This document shows, piece after piece, positions 48,877 through 59,588 of a DNA stretch of 64,000 nucleotides (position 1 is the stretch's first letter; every line of letters starts with the position of its first letter). The notes under the pieces are model-generated. The model ran no database searches. It was not told the origin of the DNA and saw only the letters and a list, made by a program, of their open reading frames with translations. The stretch lies in contig QPMI01000396.1 of NCBI GenBank assembly GCA_004431415.1, positions 1 to 64,000 of the forward strand, read 5' to 3'. Made by a program: the position numbers and the translations under genes. This DNA is from Cyanophora paradoxa CCMP329. Its lineage: Eukaryota > Plantae > Glaucophyta.

Positions 48877-51793
48877 CTATGCTTCGGTATGATTGAGTGT
48901 AAAAATCGTGTGGACCCTACAGTCGATCAAGTACAGAATCAAATCGAGCCGACCGGGGACGCCGATGCCGGCGCCTTTGCAAATCTCCACCAGCCGACCC
49001 CGAAACATCTTCATTGGATACAGCAGCAGCTCCGGCCCTGTCAATGGCAGCTCCTGCATGCACTGTAACCTGCTGCAGCGTTGGCTGAGAGTTCACGTAA
49101 GGGAAAATGGACGGACTCTGGAGATCCATCAGGGAGCGTGACAAATTGGCGAATATACGCGAGGACGGTGGGAGGCGTCCAGGTCATCACCGTCGCGGAG
49201 TCCGGGCCCACGGTACCCGGAGGTTGGGCTCCCATGTTCCCCGTGTTATCGTCGTCAACGCTGTCGCTCGCGGCATGTACCGGTGCGTTGGCATCTGACG
49301 TTGGATTACTAGGTGGTCAGAGACGACGTTCCAATAGAATATAACTTCGCTAGATCTAAAGTTGCTAGCTCAGGCACTGATAGCGCCTGCACGACCGCAC
49401 GTCCGTAATAGCGCACCTGCCTCCGGTCGTACTCTCTCGGTTCTCGCCCCTGCTCTCCGAATTAATCGGGTAGCCCGAATATTTAAACTCGATAGGTAAT
49501 AATTCGCACACCCTCTGATGAGACTTTAGCCTTCTTCGAATTCCGCGTGTTCGCACTTGGGCCCCCGTCCTTCTTTGCAGCAGAAGAGCTCTCCTCGATC
49601 ACACTACCCGCCGATTCGTACGCCTCCTCGTCCTCGTACGCGTCCTCCCCATCCGTCTCGCCCTCTACTCAAGGCGCCATGCGTCAGCGATTACTCACAT
49701 CGCATCGCTCGACATACCACTACTGGTTTCAGCGTTGTACTTGGGGCAGGTCTTCATGTGATTGGACAGGGTCTTCTTGCTGGCATACGTGCGATTGCAA
49801 TTAGCAGCGGGGCAAGGGAGACGGTCGTCGTCGGCCTTCTTGCTCGTAGCTTCGGAAGCTGCTGGATAAATTCAATGAGTACCGTTCGCACACCAGCCGG
49901 CGCACATGAGAGGCATGTTTGGCACCTGACTTCCGTTTGCATGCATCAATGTGCGTCCCCTTTCCTTTGAACGTTATGCCACAGTTATCACAAATAAACG
50001 GCGCCTGCTTCTTTCGCGCTTTCCCAGACGATCCTGCATCTCAGTCAGATCGGCTGCAGTTATGCATGATGTATGGGGAATGCAGTCAGCGATCGTGACC
50101 GTACCCCGTGACGCCTCGGTGCCCTTTCCTGCATCAGTCGACTCCGCCCCCTTCGAACCCTCGCGCTGGTTGCCTGCAATTGAGTCTAAGGGGTCGCTCC
50201 CTCGAGGGTGTTCGGGGACCTCTTAAATTCAACGCATCCTGCCGCTCACCAGGCCCTCCAGGTTGACTGTCTATACCTCGAGACTTGCCTGCGAGCATGT
50301 GAACTGTGACCATCTCGAGTGGATATTACGGTGCACCGGTTGCGTACCTTTCGATGTGGCGACGGGTGGTACGCCCGCCACCTCGCCTGCTTCCTTGCCC
50401 TTGCCAGTACCGCGCGATGACGCCATGCCTGCGGGCTCGAAGGACAATTAACTGCCGTATCCTTGCGACAGACGCTGCTCCCTTCGTTCGTGCACCTGAT
50501 GAACGAACCGTAGTCTGGGGGGGGCTTGATGCCCGCTCTTGTTTCACTTCGTCCGGGCGCCGCCACAGATTGGGCGGCGCAGGGACATTCGATCTCGTGG
50601 TTCTCGCCTGGGGGGGGCTTGATGCCCGTTCTTGTTTCACTTCGTCCGGGCGCCGCCGCATATTGGGCGGCGCAGGGACATTAGATCTTGTGGTTCGCAT
50701 TGCATCGGCGGGCTCGACTTTCGGCTGTACAGCGCGACCATCTTTGTACGCATCAGAACTACATATATCGCGCCAATTTCAAAGTTCCAATGACCGCACC
50801 TGTGCTGTGACGCCGCGGGCTCTTCTCTGATAGGCGCATCCCATCTGCGGCTCCAGCATTGCTGCCGCCTATTACGCCTGGCACCCCGCCCGAGCCTGCC
50901 GCAGAGCCGAACCGAGGTTGTCAGTCGCATCGTTCTAGCGGGGCTGCGCGCATGCACCTGCTATGTCGCCTTGGTCGCTCGAACCTGGTCCTGGGCCAAT
51001 CGTGACGTCACACCGCGAGCCATCGGAGGTCAGTTCCTTCACTCCGGCTGATCCACTATCGCTGCCGCCGGGTGTACATGCGCCCCCGTCCAAGCCTGCC
51101 GCCAACCCGAAGTTGTCAGTCGCTTCGTTCGAGAGGGGGTCCGGGCAGGCACCTGCGATGTCGCCTTCAGCCGGCGCGCTCGCAGTCTGACTGTCGCCTT
51201 CCGCGGGGTTATTTGCCGTCGCCGCCGCGCGCGCCGTCCCGCCCGTGTCCTTTGCACCTTCTGCCGAGTCCAGATCGATCACTGCTCGATTACAGTCAGC
51301 GTCAGGGCGCGGCGCTCGCTTAGTCTACGGTATCACCTGGAGCTCCGTCGCCTTCGGCATCGCCTGAAAGCGCCGGCGCCTCGCTCGTCGTCTTTCTCGA
51401 CTCCATTGTCTCGTCGGCCGAGTCCAGATCAATCACTGCTCCAGTCCGGTCAACGCCAGCACGCTGCGCTTCCGTGGCACTCTCACCTGATTGAGCCGCT
51501 AGCGCTCCTGCCGTACTGTTCCCTTCCATGTCCCTTTCGGCCGCGCCACCGCCCTCGTCGTCTTGTGCGAGCCTCTCGGTACGATCGTCGCCGGCGTGCG
51601 GCGAACCACACTCTCGCTCCATGTGCACCTAGTGCTGCGGCTGTCAGCTGGTTCCCTGTGGTGATGCTGTGCACGTGCACCCGACGCTCTGGTCTTCAGC
51701 TTCCTTACCTGCTCGCACCTGGCGTCTTACGCGCTTATTCCAACGTGTACCCCTTCGACCAGCCGTCCTGGACGGCTGCTCCCTTAGCTTCAT
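48877..51793 (-). CDS. Low-complexity multi-exon protein with two VIDLDS SIM-like motifs, two VKQE SUMOylation consensus sites and a C-terminal SAM-like domain; possibly damaged
   Basis: VIDLDSA at ~51430 and ~51275; 93-bp tandem repeat 50515-50700 (PDEVKQE); VMTWTPPTVLAYI...ELPLTGPELLLYP...GIGVPGRLDLILYLI is SAM-like. In-frame TAG at 50935; start uncertain. Confidence 0.45.
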
Positions 51794-53955
51794 TATAAGC
51801 TCATACTCGGAAGCCCGACGTCGACGGGCGGCGGCTGGGCTCCTGGTGCGACACGGGGATTGATCAGGCGGCTGAGGTCCGGATCGCTGGGCGCAGTTAC
51901 CGTAGTACGTATACGGGCGGAGACCCGCCAGACGCGTACGTATACGTACACCGGATCCTGAGTACTAGTGGATCGCCGCGCCGGCGCTGCGGCCGGCGCC
52001 GGGCCGCACCTCCGACCCGGGCCGGGCCGGCGGCGGGCCGCGCCCGGCCTGCGGCAATAAGCAAGGCATGAGGAGGACCTGCAAACCCTCCGAATTACCT
52101 GCAGCTGATCGATGTAACATAGCTAGCTACCAATATTAATAGTGCTCTAGATCTCGCCGGGCCTATAGCTAGGCATCCGGATCCGGATCCGGGCCGCGGC
52201 CGGTACTTTTTTTTGCAAAAGTGGACGTCGCATTGATACACCACGGCACATGTATCAATGTTCTACGTGACGTGCCCTTCCGACCGGTCAACTATCTAGC
52301 CGAAGGTGCTAGCTAGGTGCCGGCCATGGGTCGCGGGCCGCGGCCGGTACGAGGTCCCCCGGCAGCGGGCGCGCGAGGGTAGGAGGTGGAGCTCGAGCGG
52401 GCGCTAAATCTAGTACTAGTACTGATACTTGTTGCGCGTTCATGCAAACAATCCGAATTACCTGCAGCTGATCGATGCAGCACAGCTATATAGCTAGCTA
52501 CCAATATTAATAGCGCTCTTCACGATATTAATTCTGATGATATATACGAAATATTTCAAAATTACGGGCGCCGGCTACTATAGGTATTAAATATTTGAAT
52601 TCTGCGTGAAAATTATATATGTTGTCCGGATATCGATCTATCCTTCTGGCATTTTAAACATTTCCGTGCCGGCGGAGACCTGATACAGACCAGAGGCTGC
52701 ACTGCCCCGGGGCAGGAATGTTTATTGAGCAAGAAAGTTCACCCCTGCTCGAGTCTCGATCGGCTGAAAAAACTCGCAGGAGCCTGTTTTCCCGGCGTCC
52801 GGTACAACAGGTACTTGAGGCGGCCTAGCGGACCACCCTGTGCCCCTCCGGTCTCGGCATGTTTGACATGAATTGTCGGGCGTATCGGGCGCATTTAGGC
52901 GCACTCGGTCCGGCAGATATACCGCCACTTGGTGAGGCGCTAGATTGCATTTTTCGAAAATGTGTTCTTGTCTATTCAATGATTCCTGGTCCACCGGATA
53001 GGACTCGGATCTTCCTGTACACGTTTCCGGACTCCTAGGGACATGCATATGCCTTGCTAGGATCCGGCGAGAAAACCCGGGTTTTGAGAGGTCGGGACAT
53101 TTCATTTTGGCCTAGGGTGGGCACCCGAACACCCCCAAGTGGGGGAAGGGGAAGGGGTCCTTCCCCAAATAAGTGCCGCCGGAGATTTGTGATTGCTTTA
53201 ATTTGTTGTCCTTAATATCACTACCTACGCCGTGCACGTGACGGGGGGTTCGCCACACCGTACTAGTAGTCTCTCAAAAAAGACAAAAAAAGAGATTTCA
53301 TGTTTTACAGTAGCCGAAGTACTAGTCTGACGGTACCAAATCCTTTTTTCTAACCAAGCTCATTGATATTCATTTGCATTAACTTATATAATTAGATGCA
53401 AATTTAATCATGAGAATCAATTATCGATCGAGCTAGTTAAATCGATCGGTTTAATCGATCGGTTTAATTGACGTACGATTAATTTAATTCGGTACGTGCG
53501 AATTCGAAGTTCTACGAACGTATATATATATATATATATATAAACGTGCGAAAAAGAGTTTATTTTATAATTATAATGGCCGCCGTATTAGGCTACTAGT
53601 AGCCGGCCCTGCAGCCGGCGCCTGCAAGCTGCGCTGCAGGCTGCAGCTGGTACCGCACGCCGCGGCCTGTATCACTTGCTCGAGGACCCGGGCGTTGAAT
53701 CGGGCGCCATGGTCCTTGCACGTTGCAACCCTCCCTGCAAGGAGCCGTTACGTTTTTGTCCCCCACCCCCTAGTACTGGGCTCAGTGGGCTACTAGCCTA
53801 GTAGGGCCGCTAGGGTGATTGAAAATTTTCAATCACCCTAGCTGCAGCTTTAAAGCTGCAGCGCTCACGCCAGCGCGCATCATTCCGAAGTTCGCACCAG
53901 CAGCGCCCTTGGCCTTCTCTCCGTCGTCACTCGTTCTCCTCAGTAACCAAGCAAC

Positions 53956-55630
53956 ATGGGCAACGCTGTGGTAAGCCTGTGCCCTCTGAGCGCGCGCGCG
54001 CATGCGCGTTTCCATCGTCTCGGAGGCCACCGTCGTTGACGCTGCCGCCCTCGCGATCTGCGCAGGACAAGTGCCAGGACGTCAAGAAGCACGCCGACTA
54101 CCAGGCTGCCGATGGCAAGGATGCGTGCGTGCAGATGGATAGGTGTAACGGCCGGACTCTTCAAAGTCTCTGAAGACGCGCGTGCTCCTGCGCAGGGCCC
54201 AGGCGAAGGGTGTCATCGAGGCGGCGCTGAAGGAGAACTTCGACTTCCAGGTGCGCCAGCGCTCCAGACGCGAGCTCGGGGACCAGTCGAGAAACGCTCC
54301 GGGATCCGACGTCGACCGATCATGATGCGGACGTTGCGCGCAGGGCCACCCGAGCGACTTCCGCGCCATCGACGCGGACGGCAACAACACCCTCACCGCG
54401 GCGGAGCTGCAGAGCTTCTTCGACGCCCAGGGCATCACCGGCTCTGTCAAGGACCTGGTCCGCGTGCCCGACGCCTTGATCTAGATCCCCTGTCATCCAT
54501 GCGCGTTCGCGTGTTAATGCTTGCGATTGCCCTGCATGCGCAGATCGCCGTGTACGATGGTCCGCCGGCCCCCGCCGCATGCCTACGCGCTAACGTAGCA
54601 CCTCCCTCATGATCATTATCGTGATCTCACGCGCGTGCGGCGCCGGCCCCCAGCGACCAAGGCTCGCTCCGACAACAAGTTCGCGAACGGTGACGGCGAC
54701 GGCAAGCTCAGCATCAACGAGTGCGCGTTGCCCCCCGGGACTCAGTACTCCTAAATCAAATCGGCCCCCATCCTCCTCCTAATTATATAACGGCGGGGCG
54801 CAGGTGGGTCAACTGCGGCGGCCACAAGAACGCGGACGAGGCGCAGGATGCGGCGGCGGCGTCCGAGGTCGCCTGCCCCTGCGAGATCCCCAAGTGCCCC
54901 AGCGTGCGCCTCGCGCTCACTGCCCCGACCCCGCGACGTCGACCCGCGCACGCCCCGCTGACGGCGCTGCAACGAAACCCGAACCCGACCGCGCAGGTCG
55001 ACCTCAGCCCGCTGCAGCAGCAGATCACGGAGGCGACGGCCAGCATCCTCGCGGCCATCGAGTCGACCAACGCTGCGATTAGCACCGCCCAGACCACCAT
55101 CCAGGTCCTAAATTATAATTACTTCTGATTCTCTTTTGATTTCGAATTCGAATTCCCGTCGTGACCCGCGATCGGCTGCAGGGCGACATCGCCAACATCG
55201 CCGGTGACATCGTCGACCTTGAGACGAACATCGACGGCAAGATCGCCGAATCCGAGGCGGACGTGATTGCCGCCGTCAAGGACGTGCGCATGCACCCGCC
55301 TCGGCGAACGATTGATAAGCACATACGCTTGTGCTCACCGCGCTCTCCTCGCGGGCGGGCAGATCGAGTCGCTCGACATCGTCTCCTCGTTCACCCGCAA
55401 CCCGAACGTCACCTGCTCGGCCCGCGCCGAGGAGCCGGGGCAGGAGGCCGTGGTGCGCGCGCGCGTCGCCGGCTGCAGCTGCGCGGCAGCGGCGCCGGCC
55501 TCGCTGACGCGGGCGCCGCGGGCAGGTCGCCAACGATTTCGAGGACGACTTCGACACCTACGAGGCGGACGAGCTCGAGCTCGTCGCCGAGGCCGCCGCC
55601 GCCGAGTGCGCCGAGGCCATCGACGCCTAA
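53956..55630 (+). CDS. Host-type EF-hand Ca-binding protein with N-myristoylation-like start and coiled-coil/acidic C-terminus (10 exons)
   Basis: Splicing at gt...(c)ag gives MGNAVDKC...FRAIDADGNNTLTAAELQSFF...NGDGDGKLSINEW...VDLSPLQQQITEA...ECAEAIDA*. Very high GC3. Confidence 0.8.
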
Positions 55631-56889
55631 GCGCGAGCTAGCCGCTGGCAGCTGCAGCCGGCAGTTTTCAAGGGGATCGCCCCCCTCATCTGCATGCAAT
55701 GTAATCAATGTCAAGTGCATACCACGATGACTGAGCAATTAATTTACATTTACCATGTTCAATTGCGAATTGAGGAGGATAGCTTTAGGGTCGGGGCATG
55801 GAGCTGCAGCTGCAGGGGGGGGCGGGGGGGTATGGGCTGCGACCTCAGGCCGGGAGCCTCTCGTCTCATGATTACGAGCGCCTCTCCGATTGTCGCAGCG
55901 CCTCTCCGATTGCAAGCACCCTACCTTGGAGCTTGCAATTGGATGCTCAGCTATAGTAGACGTCGGACGGTTGCTCGACCTTGCGATTGCATGCGCATCT
56001 CCCTAAACATTCCAGTAGTAATAAGTCAAACTCGCAGCTCGAGCTCAAATTGCGATTACAAGTTGCAATTGTACATGTGACGTCCTGCTTCGCCTCCGCC
56101 TCCACGTCGTCTTGTTGTTCCTCTTACTTGTCTGCTTCCTGTTATTTATCTTTCTCAATTTTGTCCTCCGCTTCTTAGTGATGTAATTCCTTCCGATATT
56201 GATGGTATTTCTAGCTCTGGCTCTTCTTCGTGTCAGTCATCCTCTGTCCCTAGATCTGCTCGATTTATCGTCTATTCTCGAAGTCGATCTGTCTCGAGCT
56301 CTCAGTCTGTGTCTTTTCTTTTTTATTGTCGATTTTGGCTCTTTTTGGATCTCTCGATCGACCCTGGACTCTCCGCCTGCCACTGTCTGCGGGGTACCTC
56401 CGCCACCGTGTTCGGCGCCGGCTGTCAGTACTTTGCTCGGTAGCTCCCCCGTCGTGGCTCCTCGGGGGCCTCTTCGTCGTCGTCGTTCGCTGGGTTCCGG
56501 CTCCGGGTCAGATTTCTCGCCGGGCTTACCTTCTAGATCTCCTGGCTCTGCTCCTGGGCCCTCAGCTCCGGGACCGGCTTCCCCGATCTCCTCCCGGACT
56601 CGTGGTCGTACCCGTCGCCTGTTGTATACGCATGGACCTCACACCCGGGCAATTCCGCTTCGCTCCATAGCCCCCGATTCCATGCGTTTCAAGTGTATAC
56701 CTCCAGCGTTTCATTAGTTATTTCACCATATACGTCTACCCCACCGATCCAGCTACGTCTACTATCCGATTCCCTAGGTCGAAGCCTAGCAATATCTGAC
56801 GACTATACAAGGCAGAGGAGACAACAAGAATAGGCGAAGAGGAGCGCTGCCCCCATGAGCGCGGTCTGCAGAGCAACGTGGCAGAATAG

Positions 56890-57146
56890 TCTAGACGATA
56901 TTAATGTGTACAATGAAGCTATCAGAGGAAACACGTTTAGGTTAATTTTAGGCGATAATGAAGTGTACATCGAAGCTAACAGAGGAAGCACGTTTAGGTT
57001 AATTTTAGGCGATATAGATGAGTACGATGAAGCTAACAGAGGAAGCACGTTTAGGTTAATTTTAGGCGAAATGATGAGAACATTGAAGCAACCAGAGGAA
57101 AAGCGTTTAGCTCTATCTAGGCGATAATGATGAGTACATTGAAGCA
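56890..57146. repeat. ~57-bp tandem repeat, ~4.5 copies
   Basis: gaagctaacagaggaagcacgtttaggttaattttaggcga core at ~57-bp spacing; the last copies are degenerate. Confidence 0.92.
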
Positions 57147-57185
57147 CTTCGTGTCCCAAGAGCGCTCTGGTGCGGCCTCATCCAC

Positions 57186-57518
57186 TTAATCTGGCTGCTT
57201 TTCCGAAACTGGAGTCTTCTCCTTTCTGAAACTTGATAGCAAGGACTTTCTTCTTTTCATTGGCTTCGGGATATCTGGGGGTGGCCACGACAATCTTCGG
57301 CCTTCATCAAGCCAAGGTACAGGTGAATCAGTTCGAGTAAATGGAGAATTGGACCTAGAAGTCCTGGGTGTGTTAATAGGCGATACCTGAGTTTCTGGGG
57401 TGCGAGAGCCCTCAGTGTCCGATATTTCGAGATTAATGGTCGTCTCACAGCAACTACAATTCAATTTGCTGGTGACGTTGAGATGGAACATATCCATACA
57501 TTTTCGAAGCAAATCCAT
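57186..57518 (-). CDS. Small viral hypothetical protein (CSCC, S/TP-rich, basic C-terminus)
   Basis: 110-aa ORF co-oriented with the cluster, preceded by an AT-rich spacer. Confidence 0.65.
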   Translation of the reverse strand: MDLLRKCMDMFHLNVTSKLNCSCCETTINLEISDTEGSRTPETQVSPINTPRTSRSNSPFTRTDSPVPWLDEGRRLSWPPPDIPKPMKRRKSLLSSFRKEKTPVSEKQPD

Positions 57519-57556
57519 CTATTAATGGAAAAATATAAAAAAACAAAGGAATGCGG

Positions 57557-58387
57557 CTATGGAGCCGTATCGCTGCCGAATATAGGAAAATACCTGTTTG
57601 TACCAACATATTCTGCATATGTGTTCTGTTTAGCAATAGCATCGGTTCTTTCAGCATAAAGGATGCATTTGTAGATACCAAACCTGGTTGCTCTCACCAA
57701 GAACTGGTAGTCTTCAAGGCCGAAATTTACACCATGATAAGCGATCCCGAAATTATCATAAGGAGTTATTACCACCGTAATATTGGGTGTCCCACCTTCA
57801 ACCTGGCAGAGAGCGTAGATATCAGGCGGGATGTCAACGACGACCTTATAATGATCACCAATTTCAACCAGAGAATCAACTACTGATGTTTGCTCATTAA
57901 CAACAATGGGGAAAATCTTGATAATATATGGTGCATTCATGCTGGGAACGTAGGTGCGAATACGCGTTAAATTATCAATCGGGTTTGGTTGATCGTTCAC
58001 AAAGAGAGGTGCTCCGATAGCTCCACCAACACGAAGACCATCACCAATATATGCGCCGCCATTTCGACAGTTAATAGCTCCAGAACGAGATTCAAAAGAA
58101 TAAGTCGAAATAGGATCGCCGTAGCTGTCTGGATCTCCATAATGTGAGCTGAAATTTGCATTCGTAACTAGCAGCTTTGTAGTTTTGACCACGCCATTAT
58201 TTTTATCGCATCTGAGTTCCTGCAATCTCAGTTTATGGGTGGACCCAAAGGTGTTCATCGTAGGCTGAACTTCTGTTGATTCAAGACCTTCTACATCATC
58301 AAAAGTAGCATGCTGCAGAACGTGATTTGCTGGTGCAGATAGTGAGAGCTGTGCCGTAACAATACGCTCTATTGGAATTTCAGCCAT
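57557..58387 (-). CDS. Putative virion fiber/spike protein, paralog 1
   Basis: Shared N-terminal domain H..QH..D...G.ESTE...ELRCDKNNGVVKTTKLLVTNAN and GGAYIGDG. Confidence 0.8.
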   Translation of the reverse strand: MAEIPIERIVTAQLSLSAPANHVLQHATFDDVEGLESTEVQPTMNTFGSTHKLRLQELRCDKNNGVVKTTKLLVTNANFSSHYGDPDSYGDPISTYSFESRSGAINCRNGGAYIGDGLRVGGAIGAPLFVNDQPNPIDNLTRIRTYVPSMNAPYIIKIFPIVVNEQTSVVDSLVEIGDHYKVVVDIPPDIYALCQVEGGTPNITVVITPYDNFGIAYHGVNFGLEDYQFLVRATRFGIYKCILYAERTDAIAKQNTYAEYVGTNRYFPIFGSDTAP

Positions 58388-58410
58388 TTTACATTTAAGT
58401 AATATATAAT

Positions 58411-59265
58411 TTAAGGTGTTGGATCGTCAATAACATCTGGCTCCTGGTAAAATCCGGTTGTAAAGATATCAGCAATATTCACACCACGAAGTGCCGAAAC
58501 AGCTGCTATATCTGTTCTCAGTCCCATAATCATAGTATTGTAAACTCCTACCTCAGTGACAAACAAATCATAAGTAAATGTCAAATTGTTATATACACAA
58601 TATCCCCGACCGAAATGATTTGATGCTTGAACAAAGAATAGGTAATTGTGACCTGGTTGATTGTTGTTTGCTCTGCACATCGAAAGCATTGCTGTGGGAA
58701 GAGGAATATTCCTTCTCACACGATCAGTTCCTGTAATGGAAACCAACTCTGAATTTTCAAGAGAGACAGATGATGCAACATAGAAGTGAAGAAAAGGTTG
58801 CTGTGCAACAGGTGTATAGAACCGAATTCGTTGTGGATTTTCAACATTTTGTTCAAGGGTATCCGGGACATCATTGTATGCAATCGAAGAAGAGAGTTGA
58901 CCGGACACACGACAACCACCACCAATAAATGCTCCACCTGAACGAATTGTAGCAGCAGCAGAATTCTTGTCGAAATCGAGGGCTTTCAGATCAACACTGT
59001 ATGCATCAGGACCTCCATTTATTGGTTGGAAGAAGTTAGCATTGCTTACGAGTAGTCGAGTTGTTTTAACCACACCTGAGTTCTTGTCAGCTCGAAGTTC
59101 TTTAACTCGAATCATCGAATTTTTGTCAAAAGAGTTACCATTCGAATTAGGTCTTTCTGTGGATTCTAGACCGCGAACCTCATCATTAACTTCATGCTGG
59201 CGAAAATGCATTGCAGGTGATCCAAGGGAATAGATAGGTAGCTGAACCCGATTATATTCGCCCAT
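58411..59265 (-). CDS. Putative virion fiber/spike protein, paralog 2 (likely start MGEYN at 59265)
   Basis: ELRADKNSGVVKTTRLLVSNAN; GGAFIGGG; C-terminal region similar in layout to paralog 1. Confidence 0.8.
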   Translation of the reverse strand: MGEYNRVQLPIYSLGSPAMHFRQHEVNDEVRGLESTERPNSNGNSFDKNSMIRVKELRADKNSGVVKTTRLLVSNANFFQPINGGPDAYSVDLKALDFDKNSAAATIRSGGAFIGGGCRVSGQLSSSIAYNDVPDTLEQNVENPQRIRFYTPVAQQPFLHFYVASSVSLENSELVSITGTDRVRRNIPLPTAMLSMCRANNNQPGHNYLFFVQASNHFGRGYCVYNNLTFTYDLFVTEVGVYNTMIMGLRTDIAAVSALRGVNIADIFTTGFYQEPDVIDDPTP

Positions 59266-59303
59266 TGCTTGTTTTACTAAGAAGGAAAGAAAAATAATGT
59301 TCA

Positions 59304-59567
59304 CTACTCTTCTGTGACATTGTTATACTCAATGCCTTTCTTTACAGTTCCCCTTTGGAATGCCTGTGACACAATTGCTTCCTTTGAGGTTGGTATTTGA
59401 ACTCCTGCCGAAATGCAAGATTGAATTTCTTTCTGAACAATCTCATCAATTGCAATTCTTGCCCTGTTGTGAACCACATTATCAATCCAATCCTGAACAG
59501 AAGCAGCACAGTATTCCATTCCCAACTTCTCAATATCAGATAGAACGACTTGGTATATATTTGACAT
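59304..59567 (-). CDS. Small phage-type tail-fiber-associated protein
   Basis: LSDIEKLGMEYCAASVQDWIDNVVHNRARIAIDEIV...QAFQRGTVK resembles small proteins I recall next to C1q-tipped fibers in marine phages (recalled, not searched). Confidence 0.65.
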   Translation of the reverse strand: MSNIYQVVLSDIEKLGMEYCAASVQDWIDNVVHNRARIAIDEIVQKEIQSCISAGVQIPTSKEAIVSQAFQRGTVKKGIEYNNVTEE

Positions 59568-59588
59568 CTCTACTTAATAGAGAGAAAA

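Larger units (their letters stand above)
1..51970 (+). mobile_element. Giant Helentron/Helitron2-like rolling-circle element (or nested cluster) with accessory genes; left end outside window, right end approximate
   Basis: Contains a RepHel gene with DUF6570-like, Rep, PIF1 and OTU domains. Internal repeats link distant parts (6.6/48.4 kb; 26.3/33.4/43.6/51.8 kb; 28.6-31.0/44.6-47.1 kb; 35.5/41.0 kb). Its genes share moderate-GC codon usage unlike the GC3-rich gene at 53956. Sequence character changes near 51.9 kb. Confidence 0.65.

Noticed and set aside
52722-53105. 127-aa ORF
   Set aside because: No motif, atypical codon usage, and located in a repeat-like intergenic region.
56199-56717. 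Membrane protein ORF or retroelement gag fragment
   Set aside because: Low-complexity pyrimidine-rich strand; the antisense open frame lacks a start and any recognisable motif.
56890-57146. CRISPR array
   Set aside because: The 'spacers' are only ~16 nt and are variants of each other; no cas genes; eukaryotic context.
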